From positions 30,908,413-30,969,463 of the forward strand of contig NC_057746.1 of assembly GCF_004010195.1 (NCBI RefSeq): a DNA stretch of 61,051 bases, written 5' to 3'. Shown here in pieces: positions 1 through 12,407 of the stretch (positions are counted from its first letter, which is position 1; every line of letters begins with the position of its first letter). The translations under genes and the position numbers were made by a program. The stretch comes from Chiloscyllium plagiosum (lineage: Eukaryota). The notes beneath the pieces were generated by a model. The model did not search any database. It was not told where the DNA came from and saw only the letters and a list, made by a program, of their open reading frames with translations.

Positions 1-628
1 TACAGGGAGAGGCTGAACAGGCTGGGGCTGTTTTCCCTGGAGCGTCGGAGGCTGAGGGGTAACCTTATAGAGGTTTACAAAATTATGAGGGGCATGGATA
101 GGATAAATAGACAAAATCTTTTCCCTGTGGTTGGGGAATCCAGAACTAGAGGGCATAGGTTTAGGGTGAGAGAGGAAAGATATAAAAGAGACCAACTGAA
201 CAGGCTGGGGCTGTTTTCCCTGGAACGTCAGAGGCTGAGGGGTAACCTTATAGAGGTTTACAAAATTATGAGGGGCATGGATAGGATAAATAGACAAAAT
301 CTTTTCCCTGTGGTTGGGGAATCCAGAACTAGAGGGCATAGGTTTAGGGTGAGAGAGGAAAGATATAAAAGAGACCAAAGGGACAACTTTTTCACACAGA
401 GGGTGGTACGTGTATGGAATGAGCTGCCAGAGGATGTGGTGGAGGCTGGTACAATTGCAACATTTAAGAGGCATTTGGATGGATATATGAATAGGAAGGG
501 TTTGGAGGGATATGGGCTGGGTGCTGGCAGGTGGGACTAGATTGTGTTGGGATATCTGGTCGGCATGGACAGGTTGGACCGAAGGGTCTGTTTCCATGCT
601 GTACATCTCTATGACTCTCTGACTCTAT
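1..628 (+). mobile_element. CR1-clade LINE (HER1-like) 3' end with a 183-bp internal tandem duplication
   Basis: ORF2 C-terminus LNRLGLFSLE..RLRG.LIEVYKIM..FFTQRVVRVWNELP; 3' tail (tgactcta)n-like; 13-195 is repeated at 196-378. Confidence 0.9.
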
Positions 629-629
629 T

Positions 630-3600
630 TGCCACCTGGAAGTTTCCTCCAATTTTGAGAAGATACCATTTTTAATCAGCAATTCAAGAACCAGGGGAAT
701 CCTTATCAGGATTTATGAAGAGACTAAGATGACTTGGAGAGGCATGTGACTTTGGTTTAACTCTTAATAGGCTGCTCAGAGCACATTTAGTATGTGGGAT
801 TAATAATGTAACCATACAAAAGTGCCTAATAGCTGAAGCACAACTCTCCCCAGTCCGACTGAGCTTGGGGAACACCACTGCAGTGAAGACAATTGCCGAG
901 CCTCACTCAGGACATATTCTCAACAGAGGGACCTTCGGTCAGCCCAAGGCAAAATCCAAAAACAAAACCAAGCCTCAGTTCAAATTCTCTTCATGATTCG
1001 GGCTGGCAAACCTTTGTAGTTGCTGCTGATACGCAGACTCTCAACAGCAAAAGAGTCCTACTAGACTGAAATTGCATGAGAGGACACATCACCCGGTATC
1101 CAGGAGATTGCACACTTTGGATAGTCCACCTGCATCTGGTATGGAACAGTCAAATTGCTTAGCAACATCCAAATCGGAACCAATCAAAATAAATGACTGG
1201 TTACATGGTCACCTGGTGGTTATGGAGGTTGATACAGACGGAACAATTTCAATGATCGCACAACCAGTCATGAACAAACTTCACCTTGGACTTAATTTTG
1301 CACGAGACATCAACTAGATTCCTATATCAGGGAACCTTTCCAGGTTAAGGGGACACTTTTGGTTCCAGGGTCTTGTGAGAAGCAGCTGGTTCAGTTCCCA
1401 CTGACTGTAGTAAAAGGGTCAGGCCCAAGCTGGATGGGGTGGAATTGGTTGAGAAAGATTCACCTCGACTGGCTTAACATTTCTCGATTAGAAAATGGCA
1501 GCCTGAATGAAGTCCTCATGACAGAGCTGGAAGTTTTTAAGGAAGGTTTAGGGAATGGAGACAGGGCCACCCTGCATGTTGACCAGGAAGCAATTCTGCA
1601 AAGGTCACTCAGTGCCATTTGCTCTATGGGCAAACATAGATGGAGAAATCAGAAACCTGGAAAGTGAAGGAGCTACCAAACCAGTCCAGTTTGCAGAATG
1701 GACAGCACCGGTCGTACTGATCGTGAAGCCCAATGGGTCGGTTTGCCTTTGTGGAGATTTGAAACAAACAATAAACCGCTGTTCACAGCTGGATAAATCC
1801 CCAATTCCTCGCACAGAGGATTTATACACAAAGCTGGAGGGGAGGTGGGCTGTCCTTCACAAAACCAGACATGAGTCATGCATTCCTGCAATTGTGACTC
1901 AAAATGATTCCCAGAAATATGCTACAATTAATACCCATAACAATTTCCCAGAACACGAGTCTGCCATTTGAAGTATCATCAGCCTGTGTAATTTTTCTAT
2001 GGACAGCAGAGAATAATTTACAAGGTCTACCTCAGGTCGCCATTTATTTAGATGATGTGCTAACAACAGGGAAGACCAATAAGGAGCACTGAGAGAACTT
2101 GGACACAGTCCTTGAATGTTTCTCCCAGGTGGGCGTATGCCTTAGAAGGGAAAATGTGTGTTCCAAGCTCCCTAAGTGACCTACTTGAGCTACAGAGACG
2201 AGAAGATTGGGTTACACTGACTGGAAGATGAAGTGAGGGCGATCAAAAGTGCCCTTGTTCCCATGTCTGTACCTGAGCTGAGGGCTTTCCTTGGGCTGGT
2301 GAATTATTATGGAACGTTCATCCATAATCTGGCCTCCATCCTGGCACTTTTGCATCAACTCCTAAAAAAGGATCTGCCTTGGAAATGTTTGCATCACGAA
2401 GCCATAACTATTTCTTCACTTCCCTGAAAGCTATCACCCTCAAAGGTATTCGCACACAATGATCTCAAGTGAGTTCTGGTAGTGTCAGTGATATTTCCCC
2501 GGATGGTCTCGGGGTAGTATTAGTTCATGGTTGGCCCAATGGAGAGGAACACCCAATAGTGTATGCATCCAGGACTTTGGCTAATGCAGAGCGTAAATAA
2601 GCCCAGATAGAGAAGGAAGGTTTGATGGCCATAGTTGGACTCAAGAAGTTCCAGCAATACCTTTCTGGACTTGGATTTGTAATCATAATGGCTCACAGAA
2701 CCCTGCTAGGTCTACTTAAAGAGGACAAGGCATTGCAGCCCATACCTTCAGGCTGAATTCAGCAGTGGGCTCTAATATTACATCCATACGATTACAAGTT
2801 GAAACACTGTCTGGGAGGCCAGGTAGCAAGTGTGGATGCATTGAGCTGCTTCCCACTGGCAGATATACATCCAGTGGTACTGCCACTGCATGAGTCCAAA
2901 ATGGTTTCAAATTTCCAGTCACAGCTGACAATATCAGACACAGAAAGATCTGGTCCTGGCTAAACTGAAATAGCTGGTGGTGATGGGGGAAACCAAAGGG
3001 CCATCATACCCAGAACTAAAACCTTTCTGTATCCGGAGAGATCAGATCACAGTAGAAAATGGCATATTATTATGGGAAGCAAGAGTAATTATCCTGAGTG
3101 AAGGTTGTCACCAAATATTGGCTGAACTTTACCAGACTCTTCCAGGGCTTTACAATATGAAAATGTTGGCGAGACTTTTTGTGTCTGGTGGCCAGTATTG
3201 GATGCATTGATGGGGCAGTGCCCAGAGTGCCAACAAGGACACAACATTCATGGGAATGACCAGGTAAACCACGGACTCAGTTATATGACAATTACACAGG
3301 TCCTTTCATGGGCTCAATGTTCTTGGTCATTGTGGACACCCACTTAATGGATGTGTATCGCGTTCATTTGTCAAACGCGATGATAGCAAAACTGCGCACG
3401 TCTTTTGCAACACAGGGACTTCCGGAAGTGTTGGTCACAGATAATGGGCCATCATTCACTAGCAGGGACAGTGAATACTTACTAAAGTCAAATAGCATTC
3501 AACATATAAGAACAGCTCCATACCATCCATCATCCAATGGTCTGGCAAAAAGAGCAGTCCAAACTTTGAAAGCAGGCTTAAAGAAACAACCTGCAGCCTA

Positions 3601-4505
3601 ACCAGAGACCAAATTGTCCCAGTTTCTATTTGATAAGAGGACCATGCCTCATGCAGCTACAGAAATAGCACCAGCAGAGTTGCTGATGGGGTGAAGACTC
3701 GGCACCAGGTTAAACCTGATCTTCCTGGACCAGGGTGGAGGCAGGGGGAGGGTAAAACAGCATCAGGAATACCAGTGACAGACAAAGACTCCGCTAAATG
3801 ACAGAAACACTTCACTTTAGAGAACAATGTTTGGTGCAGGAAATGACCTGAATGACCCTGATTGGTTGAAGTGAGGTCAGGTCCACTGATGTACAAAGTT
3901 TGGGGAGGTGCAACAGTCCTGAACAAGCATGTGGACCACATGAAAGCTGCAAACTCCCAAACAGGGCGGAAGCAAAATGTGCCCAGCTCCTGGGAACAGT
4001 CAGAAAGGCTGGCAGGGCCTATGGGCTCTCCCTCAGCACTAAGGGTTGAAGAGACCTCAGAATCAAAGATGGACATAATGGACGTTGCCACCTGGAAAAG
4101 AGAATGAATTTCTTCCGAGATGGTTGGGGTACAAGAGGAGAGCTGCTGTATGTTACACATTGCCCTTATCCAAGGCAGAATCGGAGGAATCTGAGCCGGT
4201 GGCAAAAACACTTCAGGCAGAGCTGCAAGGGAAAGAACTGGCCTGTGTCCTCAGGCTCACAGGGAGAGGGATGTAGTGATTGTGATGAGCTCGGCCAGGT
4301 TGATTAAAAAGAAAAGAGTTCCCTGATTGGGGCTGTTAATCTGGTCCAATCAAGGAGTCCTGGCTGACAGATATAAACAGGAGTGTCAGACCTCCTGTCA
4401 CTCCGAGTGCTGGCTGTGAGGGAGCTGGATCAGTTTCAAGGACTTTCCAAGTATAAGCAAAGGGTGGCTTGGTGATGGGATACAGGCCTCTGTGGAGTTA
4501 TTTCA
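630..4505 (+). mobile_element. Degenerate Ty3/Gypsy LTR retrotransposon (gag-pol remnants plus 3' LTR)
   Basis: Protease-like MEVDTDG; RT motifs WTAPVV..KPNGSV.LCGD and IYLDDVL; LRAFLGLVNYYG; integrase VTDNG..APYHPSSNGLAKRAVQTLK; many stops and frameshifts; no 5' LTR seen. Confidence 0.9.
4272..4505 (+). repeat. 3' LTR of the Gypsy element
   Basis: Polypurine tract agggagaggga (4261-4271) directly followed by TG...CA; TATA-like atataaa at about 4371. Confidence 0.75.
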
Positions 4506-5290
4506 GTGAGGATGACGGAAAGAGTCTGTGGAGGAATATAGACAGATTAGGTGAATGGGAAAAACCTTAGCAGGTGGAAGGGAATGTGAGGGAATGTGAG
4601 GTTATACACTTTGGCAGGAAAGATAAAGTAGCTGGATGTAATTTAATGGATAGAGACCACAAAAAGCTACAGAAGAGAGAGACTTGGCAGTCGTTCATGA
4701 ATCACAAAAAGCATTCATGTTCTGTGGATTACCGCGAGGGCAAATGAAATGTTAGCGTTTGTTACAAAGAGAATGGAGTAGAAAAGTAGGGAGGTTTTGC
4801 TAAAACTAGACAAGGCATTAGTCAGACACAGCTGCAATACTGTGAACATCTTTTACAATATATGGACCCCTGGAGGTGGTGGTCACAGGTAATGGGCAGC
4901 AGGGACTTCAAATATTTCCTAACATCAAATGGCTTTTGAAAGGATAAGTATTTTGGCATTAGAGGCCTAAAGAGAAGTTTCACTGGGTTGATCCCAGGCA
5001 TGGACGGGCTATGATATGAGGAGAGGTTGAGTAAATTGATCCTGTATTCATTGGAATATAGAAAATGAGAAGTTGCCTTTATTGAAATCTACCTGATTCT
5101 TCGAAGACTTGACCGGGTAGCTGTGGAAAGACATTATTCCTCCTCTTGGACAGCCTCGGACCACAGGGTATAATCTCAAAGTAAACAGTTACACATTTAA
5201 GAACAAGACAAGGAGGAATTTCTTCTCTCCGAGAATTGTGAATCTGGGGAATTCTTTACTGCAGAAGGCTGTTGAGGTTGGGTCATTAGT
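4506..5290 (+). mobile_element. Old CR1-like LINE fragment
   Basis: Degenerate ORF2 3' motifs (tgtgaggttatacactttggcagg; ggaatttcttctct...gtgaatctggggaattc). Confidence 0.7.
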
Positions 5291-5608
5291 GAACTCCCAC
5301 AGAAATGTCCTGGAGTGGAGATAATTGATCTTGAACAATCACAATCATCTTCCTCTGTGCTTGGAATGACTCTAACCAGTGGAGAGATTTCCCCCAATTC
5401 CTATTGACTCAGTTTTGCTGAAGTTTCTTAATGCTTCTTTATGTTACACCAAGTTACATGCTATATTGATGTCAAAGACAGTCTGAGCCATTATTATCCA
5501 GCTTTCTTTTTAACTAAGAGCTTAATTATATATCTTTGGTATTTGTATTCATAACAATCCAAATAACAGAATATAAATACAGAACAAAGAAACTGAGCTG
5601 AGTTTTAC

Positions 5609-8600
5609 CAGGTTTAATAGCTTCCACCATTTCTCTCCACACTGGAAATGGTAAAATGATATTCAAGCTTTCAGTGGACAGGACACCATCTGTTAGTGAC
5701 AGTGCATTACCAGTGTCATGGCTCATCCTGTAAATATTAAAAAGATTATCATAAATTCATTGAAAACCTTTCTGAGCAATTTCACCAACTTGCACTGAGT
5801 TTCAGTAAAGTGCATGTCCTACCTCATCTTCCCAGATACTTCCTCCTGAAATAAACAAAACACAAATCTGAGTTGACAGAGACTGACTGTCTTTATCAAA
5901 AAAATAGTAATTACACTCACATTGCCCCAAGCTGCTGTTCCTGATTGCTGGAACAGAATAAGAATGGCACACAAAACATCCTGAAGCACTGGAGGAAGTA
6001 AAGTCAAAATTAAGGAATTGCAAAGGGTGCCAGTAAACATTAACCAACTTCACTCAAGAAAAGAGAAGATCTGACTTAGATGTTAAAAATTATGAAAGGA
6101 TTAATCTGTTTGATTCAGTGAAGATGTTTCCACCTCAAAGGAACCAGAAAATCTGTGTTCAAATACATAATCCTGTTAGAGCAGCCCATGATTGAGAGCA
6201 GCACAAAATGGCCAGTGGATGCCCATGACAAAAGCAGCAGAACATGGCTTACAGTAGCTCTAGAGAACTTGGTAAAATATTTTGCTGAAGATGTTTCCAC
6301 CTCAAAGGAACAGAAAATCTGTGTTCAAATACATAATCCTGTTAGGGCAGCCCATGATTGAGAGCAGCACAAAATGGCCAGTGGATGCCCATGACAAAAG
6401 CAGCAGAACATGGCTTACAGTAGCTCTAGAGAACTTGGTAAAATATTTTGCTTAATATGTCTGTCTAAGTTATAACAACGGTAGCTCTGTGAACCCAAGA
6501 TAATAGAATTGAGATGGCACAGCAGGCCTCACAGTTATCTGAAGATGCAGCTGCAGTTGCTTACACAGGAGACATATATAAGAGCATTTCACATAAGAAA
6601 CCTACATTTAATTTGTAAATCTGTTACAAATGTAGATTTTAGTCAAGATTCTTCAAATAATGATAGGCATAGATTCTGAATTAGTTATAGATTTACACAC
6701 TTATATAAAGAAAATCCCACTTACAGCATGTGCATAGAAGTTGTTATAATTATAGTTACAAGATAGAAGTGCTGTGTTTGATTGACATTCCAAGGTTGGG
6801 TGAGAAAGAAACTGCTCACAATCCTTAGCTAAAGAATTCTAACATTAGGTATGACCATAGAACTTTATTGGAACTGATGTAACAAATTTTATAACAATTC
6901 ATAAAAATTAGCATCCCTTATATCACCAATAGCAAGATTAGTATGAAAAATGAATTGCATGACAGAATTCAAGAGGTCCTTAGTGATAAATTATTGGCAA
7001 TGAATGGAGCTGGCAATTGTCTGAGAAGGAGTATGGCTAACAGGATTGAATATAGCATCCATTGTGAAAAGCCCCAAGAAGGGGCATAAGAGAATCTGGG
7101 AAGCTTCATGAGAACATAGAGGCCTGTGGGTTGACCACGCACCTGTCCATCTCTGTCCACGCAGTCACAGTATTTCTGAAATTGGAAGGGCAATTAATGA
7201 ATTAATTAATTATGATTGGTCTGCAATTGCTAAAGGCAGGCTGGAAATGTGGAAAGAAATGTATGTCTTTACTTTACTCATTGAAGAGCTCTGGATTTTC
7301 AGACGGTCTCTTGCCACCTGTGAAATTTCAATAAACTCTTTGATGCTAGAAGTATTGAATGATTTATTTGGTCATTCTGCCCCAACAATCTAAATCACAA
7401 ATAAATCGAATGGGGAGTTCATGAGAAATATCTTTATTGAGATAGTGAAGAGGGAAGTGAAACAAAATAGAGTAAAATAAAAGATTAGAACACCTCAATA
7501 GTATCAGGGATAGCAAGGATATAAAGAGCTAAAGCAGAATAGTCCATAGTATGGAAAGTTACTCACAGAGAACTGCATCCCACATGGGAAATGAAAAATA
7601 CAAACAATGCCTTTTCCCCTTTAAAATACTGACTGCTAATAAAACAAACACAAACTCTAACTCTCTGGGTTGTTGCAATACAGTGCAATTTGACACATAG
7701 AATTCCCAAAGTTTCAGGTCGTAACACAAAACCATGTCAGTACTAGGAGAAAGTGAGGACTGCAGATGCTGGAGATCAGAGCTGAAAGTGTGTTGCTGGA
7801 AAAGCGCAGCAGGTCAGGCAGCATCCAAGGAGCGTCAGTACTAGCCAATAAACCATACGCAAAGGAACTGAACACTGGCAAAGTTAATTCTCAGGTCCAA
7901 TTCCTGAAGAGTCAGGTTTGCACCTTCTGACCAATCAGGACATGAAATACCATTTAGCGACACCTAATTGGAAAGTCAGGTATTTAACTATGAGGAAGTT
8001 GTGTTTTAATTTTTTTTAAATTAGGTTTAATTTGACTAAATGCAAGGTATGCCATTTTGATAAAGCAAAGACAGGATTTATACAATTAAAAGTAGGGCCT
8101 TGAGCAGTGTTGTAAAACAATGACACCTCGGTTTTCAAATTCATAATTCTTTTGAAGGTTTCCTCACATGTATACACGGTGGTTAAGAAGCCATTTAGAA
8201 TGTTTGTCTTCATTGCTCAGCCCTTTAAGTATCGGAGTTGGAACATTATGTTGAGGTTGTACAGGACATTGGTGAGGCCTCTTCTGGAGTACTGTATCCA
8301 GTTGTGGTCTCCATGATATAGGAAGGATATCGTGAAGCTGGAGAGTTCGGAAGAGATTTACCAGGATGTTGACAGGAATGGAGGGTTTGAATTGGAAAGA
8401 GAAGCTGGATAAGCTGGAGTTTCTTTCACTGGAGGTTGAGATGTGACCTGAGAGGTTTATAAAATAATCAGGGGTACAGATAAAGTGAATGGCAGGTGTC
8501 TTTTCTCTTGGGAAGGGGATATCAAAATTAGGGGACATACTTGTATGGTGAGAGGTGAAACTTTAAAAAAAACTATAAGGGGCAACTTCTTTCACACAGA

Positions 8601-11600
8601 GAGGAGTTTGTGTGTTGAATGAACTTACAAAGGAAATGTGAATGTGGGTACAGTTACATTTAAAAGACATTTAGACAAGTACATTAATCAGAAATGTTTG
8701 GAGAGATATGGGCCAAGGGCAGGCACATGGGACTAGTTTAGTTTGGGATTATGGACAGCCTGGGCTGGTTGGACCGAAGGGTTTGTTTCCATGCTGTGTG
8801 ACTCTGTGTTTCCATGGTTTTCAGACAGCAGACATTGAGTATCAAATATCTTTACCTCATTTAACTCTCGTAAGGCTGTATTTTATTGAAAGGATACACA
8901 GCCATGTTAAGGTTTAGTTAGCAGTTGGAACCTGTCAAATGTACCCAGCCCAGTGATAAGTAGATTGTCTGCCCAGAATGAAGTATGTAACTGTGCTTTG
9001 TGCATAAAAATCCAGACTATTTGAAATGTGCTCCTCAGGGATACAATGGCCTGCCTGTAGGACAGGGGTGGTGGATACCTGCCTTAGCAGCCTGAACCAG
9101 GAAAAGGCCTTTGACAGGACATCACACACCGACATGTGGGACTTACTCTCCAAAATGGGCTTTGGGAGGGAATCTGCAATCGAATCCGACTGCTCTACAC
9201 TAACATCCTTAGTGCAGTCTCAATTAATGGGTGGGAATGAGACAGCTTCCCGATCAGATCCGGACTCAGGCAGGGCTGCCCACTCTCTCCTGCCTTGTTT
9301 GTGCGTTGTATACAGCCCTTTGCTGAGTCCATCAGGAAGGATGTGAGCCTGAGATGGGGGTGACTATTCCAGGCAGCGGAGGCCTACAAGGGAAAGCCTC
9401 CCTGTACATGGATGATGTCACTGTTTTCTGCTCAGATCTGCTGTCAAGTGCACAGACTCATAAGCATCAATGACCAGTTTGAACTGGCCTCAGCAGCCAA
9501 GGTAAATCAAGGCAAGAGCAAGGCCATGTACTTTGGGAACTGGGCTGACCAATCCTTCATGCCTTTCACAATCAGGACAGATTACCTGAAGGTGCTGGGA
9601 ATATGTTCAGAGGAGCTGAGGCATGCACCAAAACTTGGGAGAAGAGTATTTCCAAGGTAAGACAGAAACTGGTCCTTTGGGAGCACCATTTCCTCTCCAC
9701 TGCAGGTTAAAAACCTGGTTATTAGGTGTGAGATACTTTCACTGTTGTACGAGGGGCAGGACGGGCCCATTCCCAGAACCTGCATTGCTGCAGTTACCCG
9801 AGTCATCTTCCACTTCATCTGGTGGTCTAAGCTGGACATGTCACAGGGACACCATGTAAAAACCTCTGGATAATGGGGGGAAGAACGTACCCAAGATCAC
9901 CCTTATCCTAATGGCCACCTTTGTGTGTGGCTGCATCAAGCTGCACCAAACACCAAGTCTCACTATGTACTGAGGTTCTACCTGTCCCTGGTGTTGGGAA
10001 GGGTGGGACTGGCCTTGTATTAGCAGAGCACTCCAAGTAGTTGGACCGTTCCATATCACCTCACCTTCGTGGAGAAATTTACAAACAAAATCACCTTTAT
10101 CCACAATTCATCAGCACATATCATCCTCGAGAGCCTGGAGGAAATGAGTGGGTGGGTCTTGTCGGCTTGTTCCTTGAGCAGATTGTCAAAGGCATTGCCA
10201 GAACTTCTCAACAAGCATCAGGATGTTGCTTGGTTGCAGGTGAGAAGGGTACTACCTGTGAGATCTTTCATATATACCCGGACTTTCTCTGCCTGCAGTG
10301 GCTTTTGTCAAATTTCATCCTGAGTAGCTCGGTGACTTGTGACTCTGTGTTGTACGGTCTGTTCCCTGGGACACACAGTGAGACAAACATCGACTGCACC
10401 AGGAGGACCATCAACTCAGTGAAAGATGCTCTTTGGTCTGATCGAAACCTGTCAGTCTTCCAGGGCAAGGAGTTGACCCCAACTGAGTGTTACAGACTGG
10501 CATATTCCAAGTCCAGGACCACGTACTGAGGGATGCACTAAAGCCTAGGGCAGCTGCTGCAAGGCCCAGTGTGTAAAGACATAATCTAAAAACCTTTCTG
10601 AAGTTAGATGGAGGTGCACTCAGTTATCAGACCCTCCAGTGCCTCAAATGTATGTAAATATTGTCTTGTACAAGTAAGAAATGCACTGGGTTTGTTTGTC
10701 CACCCAGATATAACTATAACATGTAAAAGATATCTGGGTGGACATATGAAGAGGAAGTGTTTAGAGGGATATGGGTCAAATGCAAGCAAATGGGATGAAT
10801 TAAGTTAGGATATCTGCTCGGTATGGACAATTTGGACTGAAGGGTCTATTTCCATCCTGTATCTCTGACTCTGACTCTATATGTAAAAACTGTACAGAGT
10901 CGAACTGCTCTAGTCATACGAAATGTATGTACTGTATAAAAAGAATTTTATGAATAAACTATATTTTTGAAATACACCAACTTGTAATTTGAACTGTTTT
11001 CCACATGTATGTGAATAAATCACTTGCATCTTGGGTGGAGCTGTGAATTGTCGACTGCTTTTTAATTTAGCCTTTTAATAGTGATGAGAATTTCAATAGT
11101 GAAAGCCACCATCATCAACGAGATTGAGGAAAATGTATGAAGCGGGAGAGTAGACAAACACATGAGGGAAAGAGGAGCAGAAAGGGATATTGGAGGAATG
11201 AGGGAGGATGGGAGCAAGTTTATGAGGATCACATTCTGAGTTTACTTTCCATGAACTAAAATTAAATATAATCCCTCACCTGGAGAAATATCACTCCGTC
11301 TTTTTGTTCCAACTGTTTTTCCAACTTTGAGAGTTTCTCCTGAAAAGAATTTAAATTCTTTTGAATTTTGCCAAGATTTTGCTGCATTGTTCTGAGAATG
11401 TTTTCCTCTTGTTCCCTGAGATCTCGGAGTAAACGCTGCTCTTTCTCAGTGAGAAACTGGTGCATTTTGGTGAACTCGGATTTGATGTGAGTCTGCAGAT
11501 TTTGGGATTGAACCTACAAGAGCAAATATAGAAACAATCTGCTTCTGCAGTAAAACACAACAAAGGAAGGAATCAAATTTGGAAGCTGAGCTCAGGGAAA

Positions 11601-12203
11601 TTTTACCCGAATTTGGGAAATCTTCTGTTTCTGCTGCCGCTCCATTTCGAGAGCCGCCGATTTCTTCCCTGTGAGAGATTCCAAGGAAGATTTCACCCGA
11701 TCCTGGGATTGGGAGAGAAAATCAGAAAATAAAAGTATTAGACCATGAAAATGTGATAAAATAATCAGGGTATGGAATCTGTTTCCTTTTACCTTGTAGA
11801 TTCCAACCGCTTCTTCAATCGGGATGAAGCGGTGCTCCCTGTGTTCCCGGGAAACTACACAAATCACACAAATCAATTTCTTGTCAGTTTCACAAAAAAC
11901 CTTCAGTTCTTCCTGATGTTCCTCACAGTGACGTTTACTTCCCTTCTCTTGCGGATTCAGATTTAACTTCCGAACTTTCTCAGATAGATTCGCTAAGGCC
12001 CGGTTTCCTCTGAGGGATCTGTCCGGAAACTCCTCTCTACATTCCGGGCAGGAGATTCTCTCCTGCCTTTCCCAGCTCTGGGTGATACAGGAGCGACAGA
12101 AGTTGTGTCCACAATCCAGTGAAACCGGATCGGTGAAGAAATCCAGACAAATGGGACAGATTACCTCCTCGGTCAAACTCTGGAAATGGTGTTTGAAATC
12201 CAT
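5609..12203 (-). CDS. TRIM-A, RING/B-box/coiled-coil E3 ligase (TRIM39/RFP/NF7-like). Exons 12203-11793, 11702-11607, 11513-11280, 5845-5823, 5727-5609; PRY/SPRY exon not seen in the window
   Basis: C3HC4 [26 protein letters not shown]; B-box CEEHQE..FCETD..CVIC..H; GT-AG exons of 411/96/234/23/119 bp, all open in phase. Confidence 0.88.
6119..6451. repeat. About 167-bp tandem duplication (2 copies)
   Basis: tgaagatgtttccacctcaaagg...aaaatattttgc at 6119-6285 and 6286-6451, with one indel and one substitution noticed. Confidence 0.9.
7747..7833 (-). mobile_element. Short Penelope-like terminal fragment, truncated before the hammerhead motif
   Basis: Reverse complement of the element at 53742-53829; 11-bp TSD gtcagtactag (7736-7746, 7834-7844). 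Confidence 0.75.
8010..8810 (+). mobile_element. CR1-like LINE 3' fragment
   Basis: aggacattggtgaggcc..tggagtactgt; 3' end gaccgaagggtttgtttccatgctg. Confidence 0.8.
9030..10970 (+). mobile_element. Tx1/L1-clade LINE ORF2 and 3'UTR remnant, interrupted by a CR1 3' end (about 10729-10880, TSD atgtaaaa)
   Basis: SLNQEKAFD, agggctgcccactctctcct (QGCPLS), ctgtacatggatgat (YMDD); homologous to 55110-57900. Confidence 0.8.
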
Positions 12204-12204
12204 G

Positions 12205-12343
12205 CTGTTTGGTATTCCTGATGAAGGGCTTTTGCCCAAAACGTTGATTTTGCCTGTCCTCGGATGCTGCCTGAACTGCTGTGCTCTTCCAGCACCACTA
12301 ATCCAGACTCTGGTTTCCAGCATCTGCAGTCATTGTTTTTACC
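12205..12343 (+). mobile_element. Penelope-like short insertion with a degenerate hammerhead motif, located at the TRIM-A start codon
   Basis: ctgatga-agggc-tttt-gccc-aaaac-gtt; 15-bp TSD tgtttga(a/t)atccatg at 12190-12204 and 12344-12358; absent from paralogue C. Confidence 0.8.
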
Positions 12344-12388
12344 TGTTTGATATCCATGTCCACCCTCATCACTTCCTGATTCAAACTA

Positions 12389-12407
12389 TTTTCAGTTTCA
12401 GTTTCCC
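12389..12407 (-). promoter_or_regulatory. ISRE/IRF-binding motif upstream of TRIM-A
   Basis: ttttcAGTTTCAGTTTCCC matches AGTTTCNNTTTCNC; three GAAA cores at 6-nt spacing; ETS-like acttcctg nearby. Confidence 0.55.

Noticed and set aside
6130-7200. Possible decayed env-like or RUN-like ORF in TRIM-A intron 3
   Set aside because: Several stops and no convincing motif; indistinguishable from AT-rich intron without a search
11772-11966. Recurrent antisense ORFs [12 protein letters not shown]... at each TRIM
   Set aside because: They are shadows of the B-box exon, repeated only because the genes are paralogues
12205-12342. Insertion at the TRIM-A ATG acting as a new GT-AG intron
   Set aside because: GT and AG are present on the minus strand, but there is no polypyrimidine tract and splicing would leave the two ATGs out of frame
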